From Mobula hypostoma (taxonomy: Eukaryota): a stretch of DNA of 64,000 nt. The position numbers and the translations under genes are program-made. The stretch is from assembly GCF_963921235.1 (NCBI RefSeq), contig NC_086097.1, positions 150,538,001-150,602,000 of the forward strand. Direction: 5' to 3'. The first letter of the stretch is position 1; each line of letters starts with the position of its first letter. A model generated the notes under the pieces. That model did not search any database. It was not told the origin of the DNA and saw only the letters and a program-made list of their open reading frames with translations. Below, piece after piece: positions 38,481-51,505 of the stretch.

Positions 38481-38516
38481 AGTCGACGTTTCAGGCCGCG
38501 ACTCTTCGTCAGGACT
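38481..38516 (-). ncRNA. Minimal hammerhead ribozyme motif in the inverted arm (ZFAT sense strand)
   Basis: Reverse complement reads AGTC-CTGACGA-AGAGTCGCGGCCT-GAAAC-GTC-GACT; core intact, stem II weakened. Confidence 0.7.
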
Positions 38517-39486
38517 AACTGAAGGAAGAGTGAGTAAGGGATTTGAAAGCTGGAGGGGGAGGGGGAGATGCAAAATGATAGGAGAAGACAGGAGGGGGAG
38601 GGATAGAGCCGAGAGCTGGACAGCTGATAGGCAAAAGGGGATATGAGAGGATCATGGGACAGGAGGTCCGGGAAGAAAGACAAGAGGGGGGGTGACCCAG
38701 AGGATGGGCAAGAGGTATATTCAGAGTGACAGAGGGAGAAAAAGGAGAGTGAGAGAAAGAATGTGTGCATAAAAATGAGTAACAGATGGGGTACGAGGGG
38801 GAGGTGGGGCCTTAGCGGAAGTTAGAGAAGTCGATGTTCATGCCATCAGGTTGGAGGCTACCCAGACGGAATATAAGGTGTTGTTCCTCCAACCTGAGTG
38901 TGGCTTCATCTTTACAGTAGAGGAGGCCGTGGATAGACATGTCAGAATGGGAATGGGATGTGGAATTAAAATGTGTGGCCACTGGGAGATCCTGCTTTCT
39001 CTGGCGGACAGAGCGTAGATGTTCAGCAAAGCGGTCTCCCAGTCTGCGTTGGGTCTCACCAATATATAAAAGGTCACATCGGGAGCACCGGACGCAGTAT
39101 ATCACCCCAGTCGACTCACAGGTGAAGTGATGCCTCACCTGGAAGGACTGTTTGGGGCCCTGAATGGTGGTAAGGGAGGAAGTGTAAGGGCATGTGTAGC
39201 ACTTGTTCCACTTACACGGATAAGTGCCAGGAGGGAGATCAGTGGGGAGGGATGGGGGGAACGAATGGACAAGGGAGTTGAGTAGGGAGCGATCCCTGCG
39301 GAATGCAGAGAAAGGGGGGGAGGGAAAGATGTGCTTAGTGGTGGGATCCCGTTGGAGGTGGCGGAAGTTACGGAGAATAATATGTTGGACCCGGAGGCTG
39401 GTGGGGTGGTAGGTGAAGACCAGGGGAACCCTATTCCTAGTGGGGTGGTGGGAGGATGGAGTGAGAGCAGATGTACGTGAAATGGG

Positions 39487-39577
39487 GGACTATTCCTCTT
39501 CTCCTGACTCTCACAGCTATCTGGACTATTCCTCTTCTCACTGACTCTCACAGCTATCTGGACTATTCCTCTTCTCA
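39487..39577. repeat. About 2.5 tandem copies of a 36-37-bp unit at the Penelope inversion junction
   Basis: CTGACTCTCACAGCTATCTGGACTATTCCTCTTCTCA repeated. Confidence 0.9.
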
Positions 39578-40717
39578 CCCTGTCTCTTGCAAAAACGCCA
39601 TCCCCTTCTCGCAATTCCTCCGTCTCTGCCGCATCTGCTCTCAGGATGAGGCTTTTCATTCTAGGACGAGGGAGATGTCTTCATTTTTTAAAGAAAGGGG
39701 CTTCCCTTCCTCCACTATCAACTCTGCTCTTGAACGCATCTCCCCCGTTTCACGTACATCTGCTCTCACTCCATCCTCCCACCACCCCACTAGGAATAGG
39801 ATTCCCCTGGTCCTCACCTACCACCCCATCAGCCTCCGGGTCCAACATATTATTCTCCGTAACTTCCGCCACCTCCAATGGGATCCCACCACGAAGCACA
39901 TCTTTCCCTCCCCCACTCTCTCTGCATTCCACAGGGATCGCTCCCTACACAACTCCCTTGTCCATTCGTCCCCCCCATCCCTCCCCCACTGATCTTCCTC
40001 CTGGCACTTATCCGTGTAAGCGGAACAAGTGCTACACATGCCCTTACACTTCCTCCCTTACCACCATTCAGGGCCCCAAACAGTCCTTCCAGGTGAGGCA
40101 TCACTTCACCTGTGAGTCGACTGGGGTGATATACTGCGTCCAGTGCTCCCGATGTGGCCTTTTATATATTGGTGAGACCCGACGCAGACTGGGAGACCGC
40201 TTTGCTGAACATCTACGCTCTGTCCGCCAGAGAAAGCAGGATCTCCCAGTGGCCACACATTTTAATTCCACATCCCATTCCCATTCTGACATGTCTATCC
40301 ACGGCCTCCTCTACTGTAAAGATGAAGCCACACTCAGGTTGGAGGAACAACACCTTATATTCCGTCTGGGTAGCCTCCAACCTGATGGCATGAACATCGA
40401 CTTCTCTAACTTCCGCTAAGGCCCCACCTCCCCCTCGTACCCCATCTGTTACTCATTTTTATGCACACATTCTTTCTCTCACTCTCCTTTTTCTCCCTCT
40501 GTCCCTCTGAATATACCTCTTGCCCATCCTCTGGGTCACCCCCCCCCGCCCCGTCTTTCTTCCCGGACCTCCTGTCCCATGATCCTCTCGTATCCCCTTT
40601 TGCCTATCACCTGTCCAGTTCTCGGCTCTATCCCTCCCCCTCCTGTCTTCTCCTATCATTTTGCATCTCCCCCTCCCCCTCCAGCTTTCAAATCCCTTAC
40701 TCACTCTTCCTTCAGTT

Positions 40718-40753
40718 AGTCCTGACGAAGGGTCTCGGCCTGAAACGTCGACT
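40718..40753 (+). ncRNA. Minimal type I hammerhead ribozyme motif in the Penelope terminus
   Basis: AGTC-CTGACGA-AGGGTCTCGGCCT-GAAAC-GTC-GACT: stem I AGTC/GACT, CUGANGA and GAAA cores, stem II AGG/CCT, loopless palindromic helix III (ACGT), GUC cleavage triplet. Confidence 0.8.
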
Positions 40754-42221
40754 GCGCCTCTTCCTATAGATGCTACTTGGCCTGCTGCGTTCACCAGCAA
40801 CTTTGATGTATGTAGCTATGTATTCAGACCGTCTCACCAGTATATCTGCTTTTTCAATGAGTATTGATCCACCTTTTGCCTTCAAACACCCACTAGATGT
40901 ACAAGAATTATCACCTATGATGTCCTCACCTTCGTGTGCATATCACCAGAATTTTTCAGTTTCTCAATTGCTTCACATTCGCCATTTATCAATTGTTCTT
41001 TTGCTTCCCTACATTATCGCTTGATTTCTTTGTTCAAGGTCCTATATTTGTTGCTATTCTTTGGCATGACTTTCTGTCTTTCTTTCCCTAGATCCAGAAT
41101 TTCACCTGTCATCTATTTCTTCTTCTTCTTCTTCTCTTTTTCAGTATCACTTTATTAGACACATCCACTATTGCCTTTTTAAACTTCAACCAGCTTGGTG
41201 TGTTCTCCACTGTCAGAGCTTCAAATCTCTTCATCACTGCTACAGAGTTTTTCACCTTCATGTCCCAATCTTTCAAGCAAGTCATTGTTAGACTTTATTT
41301 AACCATCTATGCTTAACGTTCAGCTTGCATATCACTGGAACATGGTCACTCTCACAGTCCGGTCCTGGCTATGCTTTGGACTGTTGCATGGCACTCCTGA
41401 AACACTGGCTGATTGTGACATAGTCTATTTGATTATGGTTCTGATCTTCTGGGCTTCTCCAAGTCCACAAACTTCTTATGTGTTGCTTGCACCATGTGAT
41501 TGTTATTATCTAATCATCTGCACGACACCAGACTATGAATCTCTCACCTCTGTCATTCCTGGTTCCCAATCGAAATGCTCCGACAATATTACCGCCTCAA
41601 TGTTGTCCAACTTTAGCATTCATATCCCCTATCACCATAACGATATCTTGTGATTTACAGTGGCCCTCTGCTTCTTGCAAGGTATCATATGAACTTTCTA
41701 TATCCTGTTCACTACTATTGGCTATTGGAGGACATGCTATTATTATTGAAATATTCATAGTCTGCCCTCGGAGTTTCACCAGGGGTCTTCTGTCCAATAT
41801 CCTATAAGGCTTTTGCTTCTTTCAGCACAGTTTGTTCATGTTTATCACCACCCAAACAGATCAGTTTGTATTCATCAGAATCAAAACATCCAGTCCCTTT
41901 CCATCTTTTCTCACAGTCCCAAGATGTTGATGTTCAAATGACCCCTTTCTTGCATCACATTCTCTAGCTTTCCATCTTGATAAAGAGTTTTCAAGTTTCG
42001 CATTGCTGTTTTGATCGTATCTTTGTTGTGGGGAGTGGCCCGATGACGATTGAGTCTGACGTATTGTATGTGAGTGCTTCTACCTAGTGAGGGGTCGTAG
42101 CCTGTGGGGAAGATCCTCTTCACTGTTGTTCTTCTTTTCTTTATCCAGGACCATGATTGTCCTCGGCAAATTTTTCTACGGAGGTGGTTTACCATTGCCA
42201 TCTTCTGGGCAGTGACTTTAC

Positions 42222-42480
42222 ATCCTTTCTTTTATATTATAGTACTCTCTTGAAATGAATGCTAACATTTTCCTTCCTCATCACCAACTCAACCTGCAAG
42301 TTAACCTTTAGGAAATCCTGCAACAAGATTCCCAAGTCCCTTTGCACCTCTAATTTCTGAATTTGCTCCGTGTTTAGGAAATAGTCTATGCCTCTCACTG
42401 TACTCAATCTGACACTGCTTTGCCCTTTCTCCTAAACTGTCCAAGCCTTTCAGCAGACTCCCTGCTTCCTCAGTACTGCC
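42222..42480 (-). mobile_element. Degraded CR1 fragment
   Basis: Reverse strand GSTEEAGSLLKGLDSLGERAKQCQIEY. Confidence 0.7.
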
Positions 42481-45400
42481 TGTTCCTGGATCCATCTACA
42501 GGCTGGATTTCCCAGCATTTTTCTGTGTGTAATTTCAGATTACAGAGTTTGCAGTTATTTGATTTTTATTTAAAATTAGATGAGAATTACATCTGTAATT
42601 CTAGGTTCACTTGCACTTGTTTTTTTTACGTAAACACCAGTGAAGCTTGAGTGCTCGGTAGGGTGTGCTGTGTTTTTTCTGCTGGTGGGGGAAGGGGATC
42701 GGTGCTTTGCTGCTGTTTATGCGTGGGTGGGGGGAGCTGGGAGGGAGCTTTGGGGTTCTAACATTTAACTGTCATTCATTCTTTGGGGCACTCCTCTGTT
42801 TTCATGGATGTTTGTGGAGAAAAAGAATTTAAGGATGTATATTGCATTCATTTCTCTGACATTAAATGTATCTATTGAAGACAGCAGTTTGGTTTGAGAT
42901 AGATCATGAGACCCATTACTTTGAGTGAAATTCTGCACATTGAAAAATTGGTCCAGTGACAGTTGGCAACAGTTGGCACTGGCATGGCTGCCATTAACTG
43001 TTTACCTAATAACATTGCTGGTTTTCATCACTGTTGAGAGAGATTACAACATCTGCATTCAATCTTATTGTTTACTTGCAGGAAAACTAGCAGCACACGA
43101 AGGCTGCAGGAATGTAACAGTAATTAAAGGGTCTCTCATATTAATGCTTGCACACTGCATCCACCAGCCTCAGTTTGCATACCGCTGGCCAATGAAAAAT
43201 TAATCAAGTTGTGCTTCATTTACTGATTGTAACCTATTTTCTCCAATTTGCATCTAAGCTGCAAGGTGCAATCACTTGTGCTTTGGCAACCTGCACTTTG
43301 CAATTAGCGCCAAGTCGTGGACAGGGTAAGTTGCCATGATACCATTCTTCCCACCCCACTTCAATTGTTCAAAAACTTCTCCTTCTTTTCCTCATCTTCA
43401 CGGCCCCCACATTTACCACTGCACTATGCCAACCATATGAAAAGTTCTTCATATGCAGCAGCAACAATATGGCAACTACAAGTTCTGCAGTCAGCTCTTA
43501 CGGGAACAGCTTAGAACTACAGCTCTTTTCAGCAGTTCTGAGTGAGCACAGCAGCTGTGAGATAAGTGCAGCACATCATCACAAGGGTGAAATCCAGATT
43601 CTAGGCATTATTCTCCTTGGGATTTCCATTGTTGCACATAGGGTAGGTTAGCGGAGCATCTTGGACCACGTTCTTTCCCCTTTCTTCTCCTCAATCAATG
43701 AGATGCCTTGAAATCTGCTATAAGGAGCAGATGGGTAACTGTCCAATAGTAATTCCATACACAGGAAACATAGTTGCACCCTGCTAATTAATACACATGC
43801 TAAATCCAAAGCAGATGTTGATTTGTGTAACAGGATGTTTCCACAATCCTATCTTATGTGATTACTCTAGGATCCAGCAGCCACATTCCTTGCTACCAAG
43901 TATCAGTGTTTCTTTTCATTTAGTACTATTAAGAAATGGTGAAAATATTTCCCATTACTGATGGTATCTTCATAAAGTGAAGATTACTAACTGGACTCAA
44001 TAACAAATAATATATGAAGTTAATTTCTGAAGGAAATCTTATCTCTCTTCTTTCCTAAGATGGCGCTGCATACGGCGGCTACATTGCGAGCTCCATTCCA
44101 AATCTACAGTATACTACTAGTTTCAATTCAGTTTTGAAGCTATCTCTCCTCTATTGTGATGCAATTCTAAAATCCTTCGAGTTAAAAGCAAACAATAACA
44201 AGTACTTACAAAATAATGATAATCAGGCCATTCAACACAGTGTAATGGAACCACCTAGTGGTCAAAAGGCAAGTTATGAATTTCTTACATGGTTTGTTTG
44301 CTTTAATTATTTCTGATATTTGCTCCCGGTCAATTGGTTTTGTAATCATAGCAAACTATGAGGGGGACTTGAAATGATGTTTTGGCCATCAGGATCAAAG
44401 CAGGCAATATCCCTCTTGATCAAGGAACACTGAGCAGTGCCTGCCCTTTCCAGTCCATGATCCACTCTGCTTCACGTGGCTGAACTTCTCTTTGAGTATG
44501 ACCTGTGGCTGAACTCAACATCTAGAAATAAAAATGGTTTTCCAAGATATTGTTCTGGGAACCTGAATGGATCCTATCCAAGCATGTTTAACCATGAGAA
44601 ATGTTGAATGTTCTTTGGCTCAGTCCTAATTAGGACTTCTCCCTCACACTTTTTTCAGTACATCTGCTTTCATTCCAAATTTAAAAAAAATCTTTCTCAT
44701 TTTTTCCACCTGCTTTGCCTTCATGTGGTCTATATTTTCCTTTAAGGCTCCTTGATTTTCAGGATTGGCCATTACTTTTAGCCCAATGAGTCTCACAACT
44801 GATTTGATCACAACTTCCAGCATTAACAATTCTTATTAAAAACTATATCAGATTGAACTGGAGCCCTAATTAAACACAGCCAGTTGTAAGACAGGCAAAA
44901 CAAAAGCAAAGTGCTGAAAACACACAGCTGGCCAGGCAGCACTTGTGTGGGATATTCTTAAAAAAAGATTGAATGGAAATACAATAACCAAGTGAACTGA
45001 CAAAGCCGTAGATAGCACAGAGACAGTATTAAGGTAAGCCAGCTATGACATCATTGAATAGCAGAATTACTTGCTGATTCTCCTATTTTAGCAATACAGA
45101 TTAGAATTACTTGAGATTCTTGCATGGAATAGAACTGTAGACAGGATAGATAGAACACTCCAAATTTATTTTACACTTTTGTGCCGATAAAATTTCTAAT
45201 TCCTAAATATACTGAAATGGAGGTATATAATCCAGATGCTGGGAGTTCAAATTATAATGTGCAAGTTGTTAAAATTAATCATTAATTATGGTCATTAGAA
45301 TAAAATATAAAGACCCAACTTGATACCTATCAAGGTATCCAGTGTTTAGGTGGACTGGGCTTTAAGTTGACTTCAGGTAGTGTAATCATCTTTGAAATTG

Positions 45401-48400
45401 CTGCTGTTGACATAGAACACCCACTAGAATTTTACATTTAGATCCTAAGCCAAATAGTTGTGCTGGTATTAGAGTATATCACTGTGATACCATCCCTATA
45501 TGTGGATTGACTTGATATATGCCCTTGATCTGTTTCTGCACATCACCATAGGACACTGGACAACTAGTAATCTTCCACTTGTTTGTATTTTTCAATTATT
45601 TTCCTCATTTGTCCAGATACAATTTGAAGATGCCCAACATATGAGTACTTCTTCTATGCAGAATTTATAAAGAGACTTGTGACTTCTTAGGAAATCTGCA
45701 GAATCAGAGCTAATTGCACAACTTTAAGCAAGGGTTGGGAATATTGTTGAAGTTTCTGGTGAAAGCAGACATCTATTTTCCTCAGCGGACTGTGTTTCCT
45801 GCAGAAATGCAGTTTCATGGGAAATGAGGAAGTACTCATGAGTGACAACAAAGGCAAAGAGACAGTTATATTTTATTCAGTTTTTAGGGAGCTTTGTGTC
45901 CAGCGTGGCTAATTGTCAGGAGAAGGAGGGATTTTCTTGAACTGCTAAAATCTTTCTGGTGAGGGGCTCCACAGTTGATATGGGAGTCCTACGATTGAGA
46001 TGATGTACCAATTTCTTAATAAAAGCTCTCTTTTCTGCCAGAATAACAATAACATAATTCCAAATCTTAGTTGAATTAATGCTTAAACAATGGCACTGTA
46101 GTGCTCAATTATTCCTTTCTGTGAAAAAGGAATTAGACTTCTCTTTGCAGATTTAAACTGATTATTCTGAACTGAGTTGTGATTTTTAAGCTAAGTTCTA
46201 ATTTTATGGCCTTTGGCAGTTTGAAACTAATGTACAGACATCTAATTATATTGCTTTTGTCTTAGAGTCATAAAGAAGTACAGCACAGAATCAGTCCCTT
46301 TGGCCCATCTAGTCCATGCCATAAACAATGTAAACTGCCAACTCCTATCAATCTGTCGTGGGACCATAGTCGTCCATATCTCTACCATCCATGTACAGTA
46401 CCTACCCAAACTTCTCTTAAACTTGAAATCGAGCTCACATGCACCACTTGGGCTGGCAGCTCAGTCTTGTCTGAAAAGGATCATTTAAAATGGCACCCTT
46501 TGACCAAATGATTCAACTAGTATACTGAAGTGTACTTAGTAGACAATGGTCAGCATCTCTTCTTTCTCCCTCAAACAATCTCCTACAAATTCCATCATGT
46601 ACTCTTTCCAATAATTTTTCTCTAGTATTATCAATAAAGATAAAGTATAATCAAGAAGAGAGAATTGACCATCTTTTTCATCTTTTACTCTCTACCATAT
46701 TTTATAGTTAAGTACCGAGCACTTTCATTACACTTTCATTTCCTTTTTATTAATTGTTCAAACCTATTCTTTACTTATTAGAGTTACAAAACAATTAGCA
46801 ATCAAATCTGCAGTTTTTCTCTGCATTCTCCTTTCTAATATTTTACTTCACTGAAATTGGCTTTGTAGATTTATCAGTTCCAAGCTCTCAGAACATCAAT
46901 GACCCCCAGTTAATTTCGATCAATTTTTTTTTATCATTTGCTGTATTTGAGAAAGGTCAAGTTATCTACACAAAAAGTTAAATTCTAGAATTACTGTTGG
47001 TGATATTAATGAAGGAATTCATTGTGAAAGAATTAATGATGATTCTTCCATGTGTATTTTTAATAGGTGCAGGGAAGGCATTTCATATAGATTTATATTT
47101 GCTTTAAGAAGTAAAATGAAGGATATCATGCAACTGTGGCATTCATTTGTCAGTGATAATTTGCTGAGAATAATAAAGACAGTTGAATATTATAAACTGA
47201 TTATCCTCAGCTATGATTTTCAAGGCAGAGTTGCATATTTATGTATTGAAAAAGTAAGTGAAGTTCCAAGTCTCAAGGCACAGTTTGACATGAAGGTTGA
47301 GAAGGTAATTCAAGAAGCAGTACTGCATTTATGTTAAGTATGTATAGCTCGAGTGAACTCTGTTTTAGTAGTTATCAGCAGTTATAAGTTTCTAGAGTTT
47401 TGGCTTGTGCATCATAAAGTGCCATGACTGGTCTGTTTCCATTCTTGAAATGCCATAAATAAATCTCAAGGTTCAAATATAGTGCATCTCAGCAGCATCT
47501 GTTCTGCAAAGCAATACTGTTTGATTTCAACTGATGATTACCTTCAAAAAGAAGTTTTGATACAAGTCTAATTACAAAATCAAAGGCTATTTAACAATGG
47601 GTATTAGCATATTGCACCCAATCTAAGTGCATCAGATTCTCAAGCAGTGAAAACTGGTTGGTGGGGGGGGGGGGGGGTTGCAAAAGAATTAAGAACAAAG
47701 ACTTTTACTCAAGCACCTCAATTTAATGGAGGTGCTAGATGGTACATTATTCACAATGAATCATGGATCAAGAAAAAAACAAGATAATTGCTCAAGGGTC
47801 AATGTTTACTTTATTACCACTGAAAATGTTTGGAATACCTGAATAGCTAACAACCTGCTATATTGTAGGGCAAGTTAAAAAAAGGATTAATTTTCTTTTG
47901 AAGATTTAAATTAATTTGGTTGCAAACCTATTAATGTCAACATCAATAAACCTCTGATATTTTGAAATTGTTGAAAATCCAAAGCAAGGGAAATTGAGGT
48001 TCAAGTTTTGTATCGCACTCAACATTGCTAGGACTGTGCACATTGCTTAGACTGACTGGCTATGCAGGTTTATTATGTTCCATCATCAAACCAAAAGCAT
48101 CTCTTATCAGGCAATGGAATAGCTTGTTACTGATGGGTTATGATTCTTGTTGGCTGATATTAACGAGACTGGTGCCTTTGAACAGTGGAACTCAAAACAA
48201 TACAATCTTGCTGTCAGACACCCAAAACAGCATCAATAACTTTTAATTTCCTATTTATACATCTTAAAATATCAACACTCAATGAAACAAATGGTTCAGT
48301 CTGAAACTGTGCAAGAAACTCAAGGCTGAAATACCAAAACAGAACTATTTTCTTCAATTAAACACCAATTAAAAATTTACAGTTGAGGTGATTCCACTTT

Positions 48401-48452
48401 CTTTGTACAAAAAAAGAATTAGAAAAACAATGACAGATAGATTATTTCTTAC

Positions 48453-49771
48453 CACAGTATCCACACTCCAGGTCCCCATAGACTTTCCTGATCTTCTCAA
48501 ATAGACTGACATTCAGTTGTCTCTTCTGTAAGCTGTCAAGAACTTGTTGGAAAGCCCCAGAGTCCACATCATCTTTTTGAGCATCCGTTGATAATGGAAT
48601 TTCTTTAACACCATCATCAAGGTGAACCATTTCAAATGGGTCTTCATTTTGGACCTCACAAGATCCGCATATTTTGAGGGAGTCAACACCCTCCTGGTCC
48701 ACAGAATGAGACATGTGGTTTGTTTCTATGCTTTCAGAATCTACTACATTATCACTGCTAACAGGTAAAGCTGGCAAGACTTCCTCTCCACACCTGTCCA
48801 AAGACCTCTGCTCGTTAGTTAAAGGTATATTTCCTTCTTCCAAAGAAACTGTATTATGCTGGATTGTCCCAGTGTGAAATGAAGGGTTATTTAGAACTTC
48901 TTCATGCTGACTAAGACTCTCTAATGGAATATGAGCTCCTCCATTTTCAAGTTCAATAAGGACCTGATGCCCTTGTGAATCATGGTCAGAGCCATTGAAG
49001 CCTGTACCCCCAGAATCCTCCAAGGCTTCTGGTTGAATGTCACCTCCTGCTTCCAGGAGATAGAAGCTCTGATTAATGGAGTTATTAAATACTGAATCTT
49101 CCCCCAAGTCGCTGTGGGCCTCCTTTACATGAGACTTCAACTTGACTGAGCTGACAAATTTCTTTGTGCACACAGAACAAATGTAGATAAATTTATGCTT
49201 GCGTACGTGTGTTTCCAGTGAATGGTACTTAGTGGCTCCATGATCACAGAGCTCACAAGCAAATGGGCGGTCATCACCATGGACGAGCATGTGCCGGTCG
49301 CGGTCCGATTCATTTTTAAACTTACGCTCACACACGTGACAGTCATAGAGCAGCTGCCGCTTTCCCTCCCTAGTCAACAGGCGCAGCTCATCATAGACCT
49401 CCTTGACTTTCTCCTCATCCATGTCATGGCTCTCCCGGATGTGCTTGAGAAGGTTCTTGATGTCAGAGTACTTTTTTTTGCAAAAGCGGCAATGCTGCTT
49501 GATCTTTTTGTGCACCCGCTCGATGTGCACTTTTAGGTGCCCTTTGCTTAGACAAGTAAAGGCACAGTAGTCACAGCTGAATTTTTCTCCTGTGTGCTTC
49601 CGCATATGAACTATAAGGTTGGCCTTGATGGTACTTGCATAGTCACACTGCATACATTTATAAGGCTTCTCATTGGTATGAATTCTGAGGTGAGCTTGAA
49701 GTGAGTGCTTAAATTTGAAAACTTTATTGCAGTATTCACAGGTAAATATCTTTAGCTGGGTTGTCCCTTGT
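48453..49771 (-). CDS. ZFAT: ZFAT large internal coding exon (C2H2 finger cluster, acidic spacer, first half of next finger)
   Basis: Translates as QGTTQLKIFTCEYCNKVFKFKHSLQAHLRIHTNEKPYKCMQCDYASTIKANL...HIERVHKKIKQHCRFCKKKY...REGKRQLLYDCH...IRKVYGDLECGYC, which I recognise as vertebrate ZFAT. Acceptor tttcag|A at 49771, donor G|gtaaga at 48453; 1319 nt. Confidence 0.96.
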
Positions 49772-51126
49772 CTGAAAGACAGGAAAAAATATCTTGTCAG
49801 TTTTCAGCTGCGAAACAACCCTTTATTTGCACAATATGATAGAAATTGTACTGATCATTCATCCTTCAAATTAATTTAGTCTCATGTGTTCAAAATTCTG
49901 TGGATTCAAATTCCACTCCAGAAAGCTGACTACAAAGTACAGGATGATCATCCTTTATAGTTCTAGGAAATTTCCATACTATTTGAGATGTAAAATTGTA
50001 AATTGAGCACTAGAATCCACTGCATTACCTGAAAAGTGTACTTTTTGGTATTCCAGACAATTTTAGTCCTCAATTAGCATTACTAAAAACAGATTAACTG
50101 GTCATTGTAGTCATAGAATCTTGTGCCTTCAAATTATCCAGCGTAATTTGAACTTTACAATGATGTGCCTTTAAAGTCTTTACTATTGCATAGTGTTCAG
50201 GTCATGAAAGTTGGGGCTGTAAGGAAACATTTTTGCTTTCCGCTGACATCTCTGAACAATTCCACTGATGTCAGGCACTTACCTTCTTACCACAAGTCAT
50301 CTTCAAAGCTAATGAACGAGTGGCATAGGCTCCTCAGTTACAGAGGCAGCATTACGAGAGAGCCTAGCCTTTTCCTCAAATTTCACTTACATTGCAGTAC
50401 ATTTGTAAGTGATCAAAAAAACAAAAGATGCTGGCTTTCATAAGAACTGATCGTACAGTGCTTCTGCTGTCCCAATAGTGACCTACCGTTTCAAGGCGAT
50501 TAAGAATCAATTCCTGAAAGGAGAATTGCTCACACAGTTCTGAGACAGATTTACAGGAAAGATACTGAGAGGCAAGTCCAAAATCACAGAGCAAATTCAG
50601 AAAATGGGATGACCACTTAGGACCATGACGAGACTAGATGTTTTCAAGTTTCTGAGTTTTTGAAATTCTCTTCCTCAAAAATCAAATCAAGTTTAATTAT
50701 CATTCAAACCATACATAGATACAGCTGAACGAGATGGCATTCAGCTGTATGGGAGCAAGGTGCAAATTATTCAAAATAGCAAGTGTGGATCCTCAATAAC
50801 ATTCAAGGACGTGTTTAGAGGATATGAGGATCAGATGGCCAAAATACACAAGTCAGTGGCTCAGTACAACCTTGCTGAATGATGGGGGGGAGGGTGGGTG
50901 AGAAGACACGGGCTTGTTTTGTTGTGCCTTGTGTTGTTCTGCCAAGCTTGAGGGCATGCTATGTTTGACCCCAGAATGTGTGGAGACACTGGGCTGCCCC
51001 AGCACATCCTCAGTTGCGTTGGTTGTTAACACAAATGATGCATGTCACCGTATGTTTTAATGTACATGTAAGAAATAAATTTGAATCTGAAAAAAATCTG
51101 AAAAATCTGACTCAGGGGATGACATG

Positions 51127-51505
51127 AATTCAGAATCAGGTTTATTGTCATAGGCGTACCTTGTGAAATTTATAGTTTTGTGTACAGTGCAGGCATAATA
51201 AATAACTAAGTTGCAAGAGAGCAAACAATAAATAAATAAATAAATAAACACAACAAAAGAAGAATACCAAGGTGTTTTTTTTTGAGTTCATGGACCATTC
51301 AGAAATCTGATCTCAGAGGGGAAGAAACTGTTCCTAAAACATTGAGTGAGGGTCTTCAGGCTCCTGTACTTCCTTCCTGAACGTGGTAATGGGAAGGGGG
51401 CATGTCTCGGATGATGAAGGTCCTTTATGATGGACGCTGCCTTCTTGAAGCAATCCCTTTTGAAGATGTTCTTGATAGTTGGGAGGTTGCACCCATAATG
51501 GAGCT
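51127..51505 (-). mobile_element. Rex1/Babar-like 3' end
   Basis: TCAGAATCAGGTTTATT tail and similarity to 11403-12200. Confidence 0.75.

Larger units (their letters stand above)
38382..40813 (+). mobile_element. Young Penelope-like retroelement: 5'-truncated plus-strand copy preceded by an inverted copy
   Basis: RT C-terminus (TDSHSYLDYSSSHP..AIPFSQFLRL) and GIY-YIG endonuclease (VIYCVQCSRCGLLYIGETRRRLGDRFAEH). Arms ~38421-39489 and ~39741-40813 are near-identical reverse complements. TSD AGCTATGTATTCA at 38369-38381 and 40814-40826. Confidence 0.95.
38076..42220 (-). mobile_element. RTE-clade LINE 5' half (5' UTR, APE, start of RT), split by a Penelope insertion
   Basis: MRNLKTLYQDGKLENV..LNINILGL, VMVIGDMNAKVG, GPPIMKSEV..MKKNKAVGP; RTE-type 5' motif GGCAATGGTAAACCAC. 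Confidence 0.85.

Noticed and set aside
39135..40419. Penelope ORFs as an intact or domesticated endonuclease gene
   Set aside because: The element is 5'-truncated, lacks the RT core, has a frameshift near 39990, and is bounded by a TSD.
43330..48400. Short ORFs in AT-rich intron sequence
   Set aside because: No domain similarity or exon signals; consistent with chance ORFs.
48442..49653. 403-aa ORF as a stand-alone single-exon gene
   Set aside because: The frame is open upstream to a splice acceptor at 49771 and ends mid zinc finger at a GT donor; it continues in exon 24211-23979.
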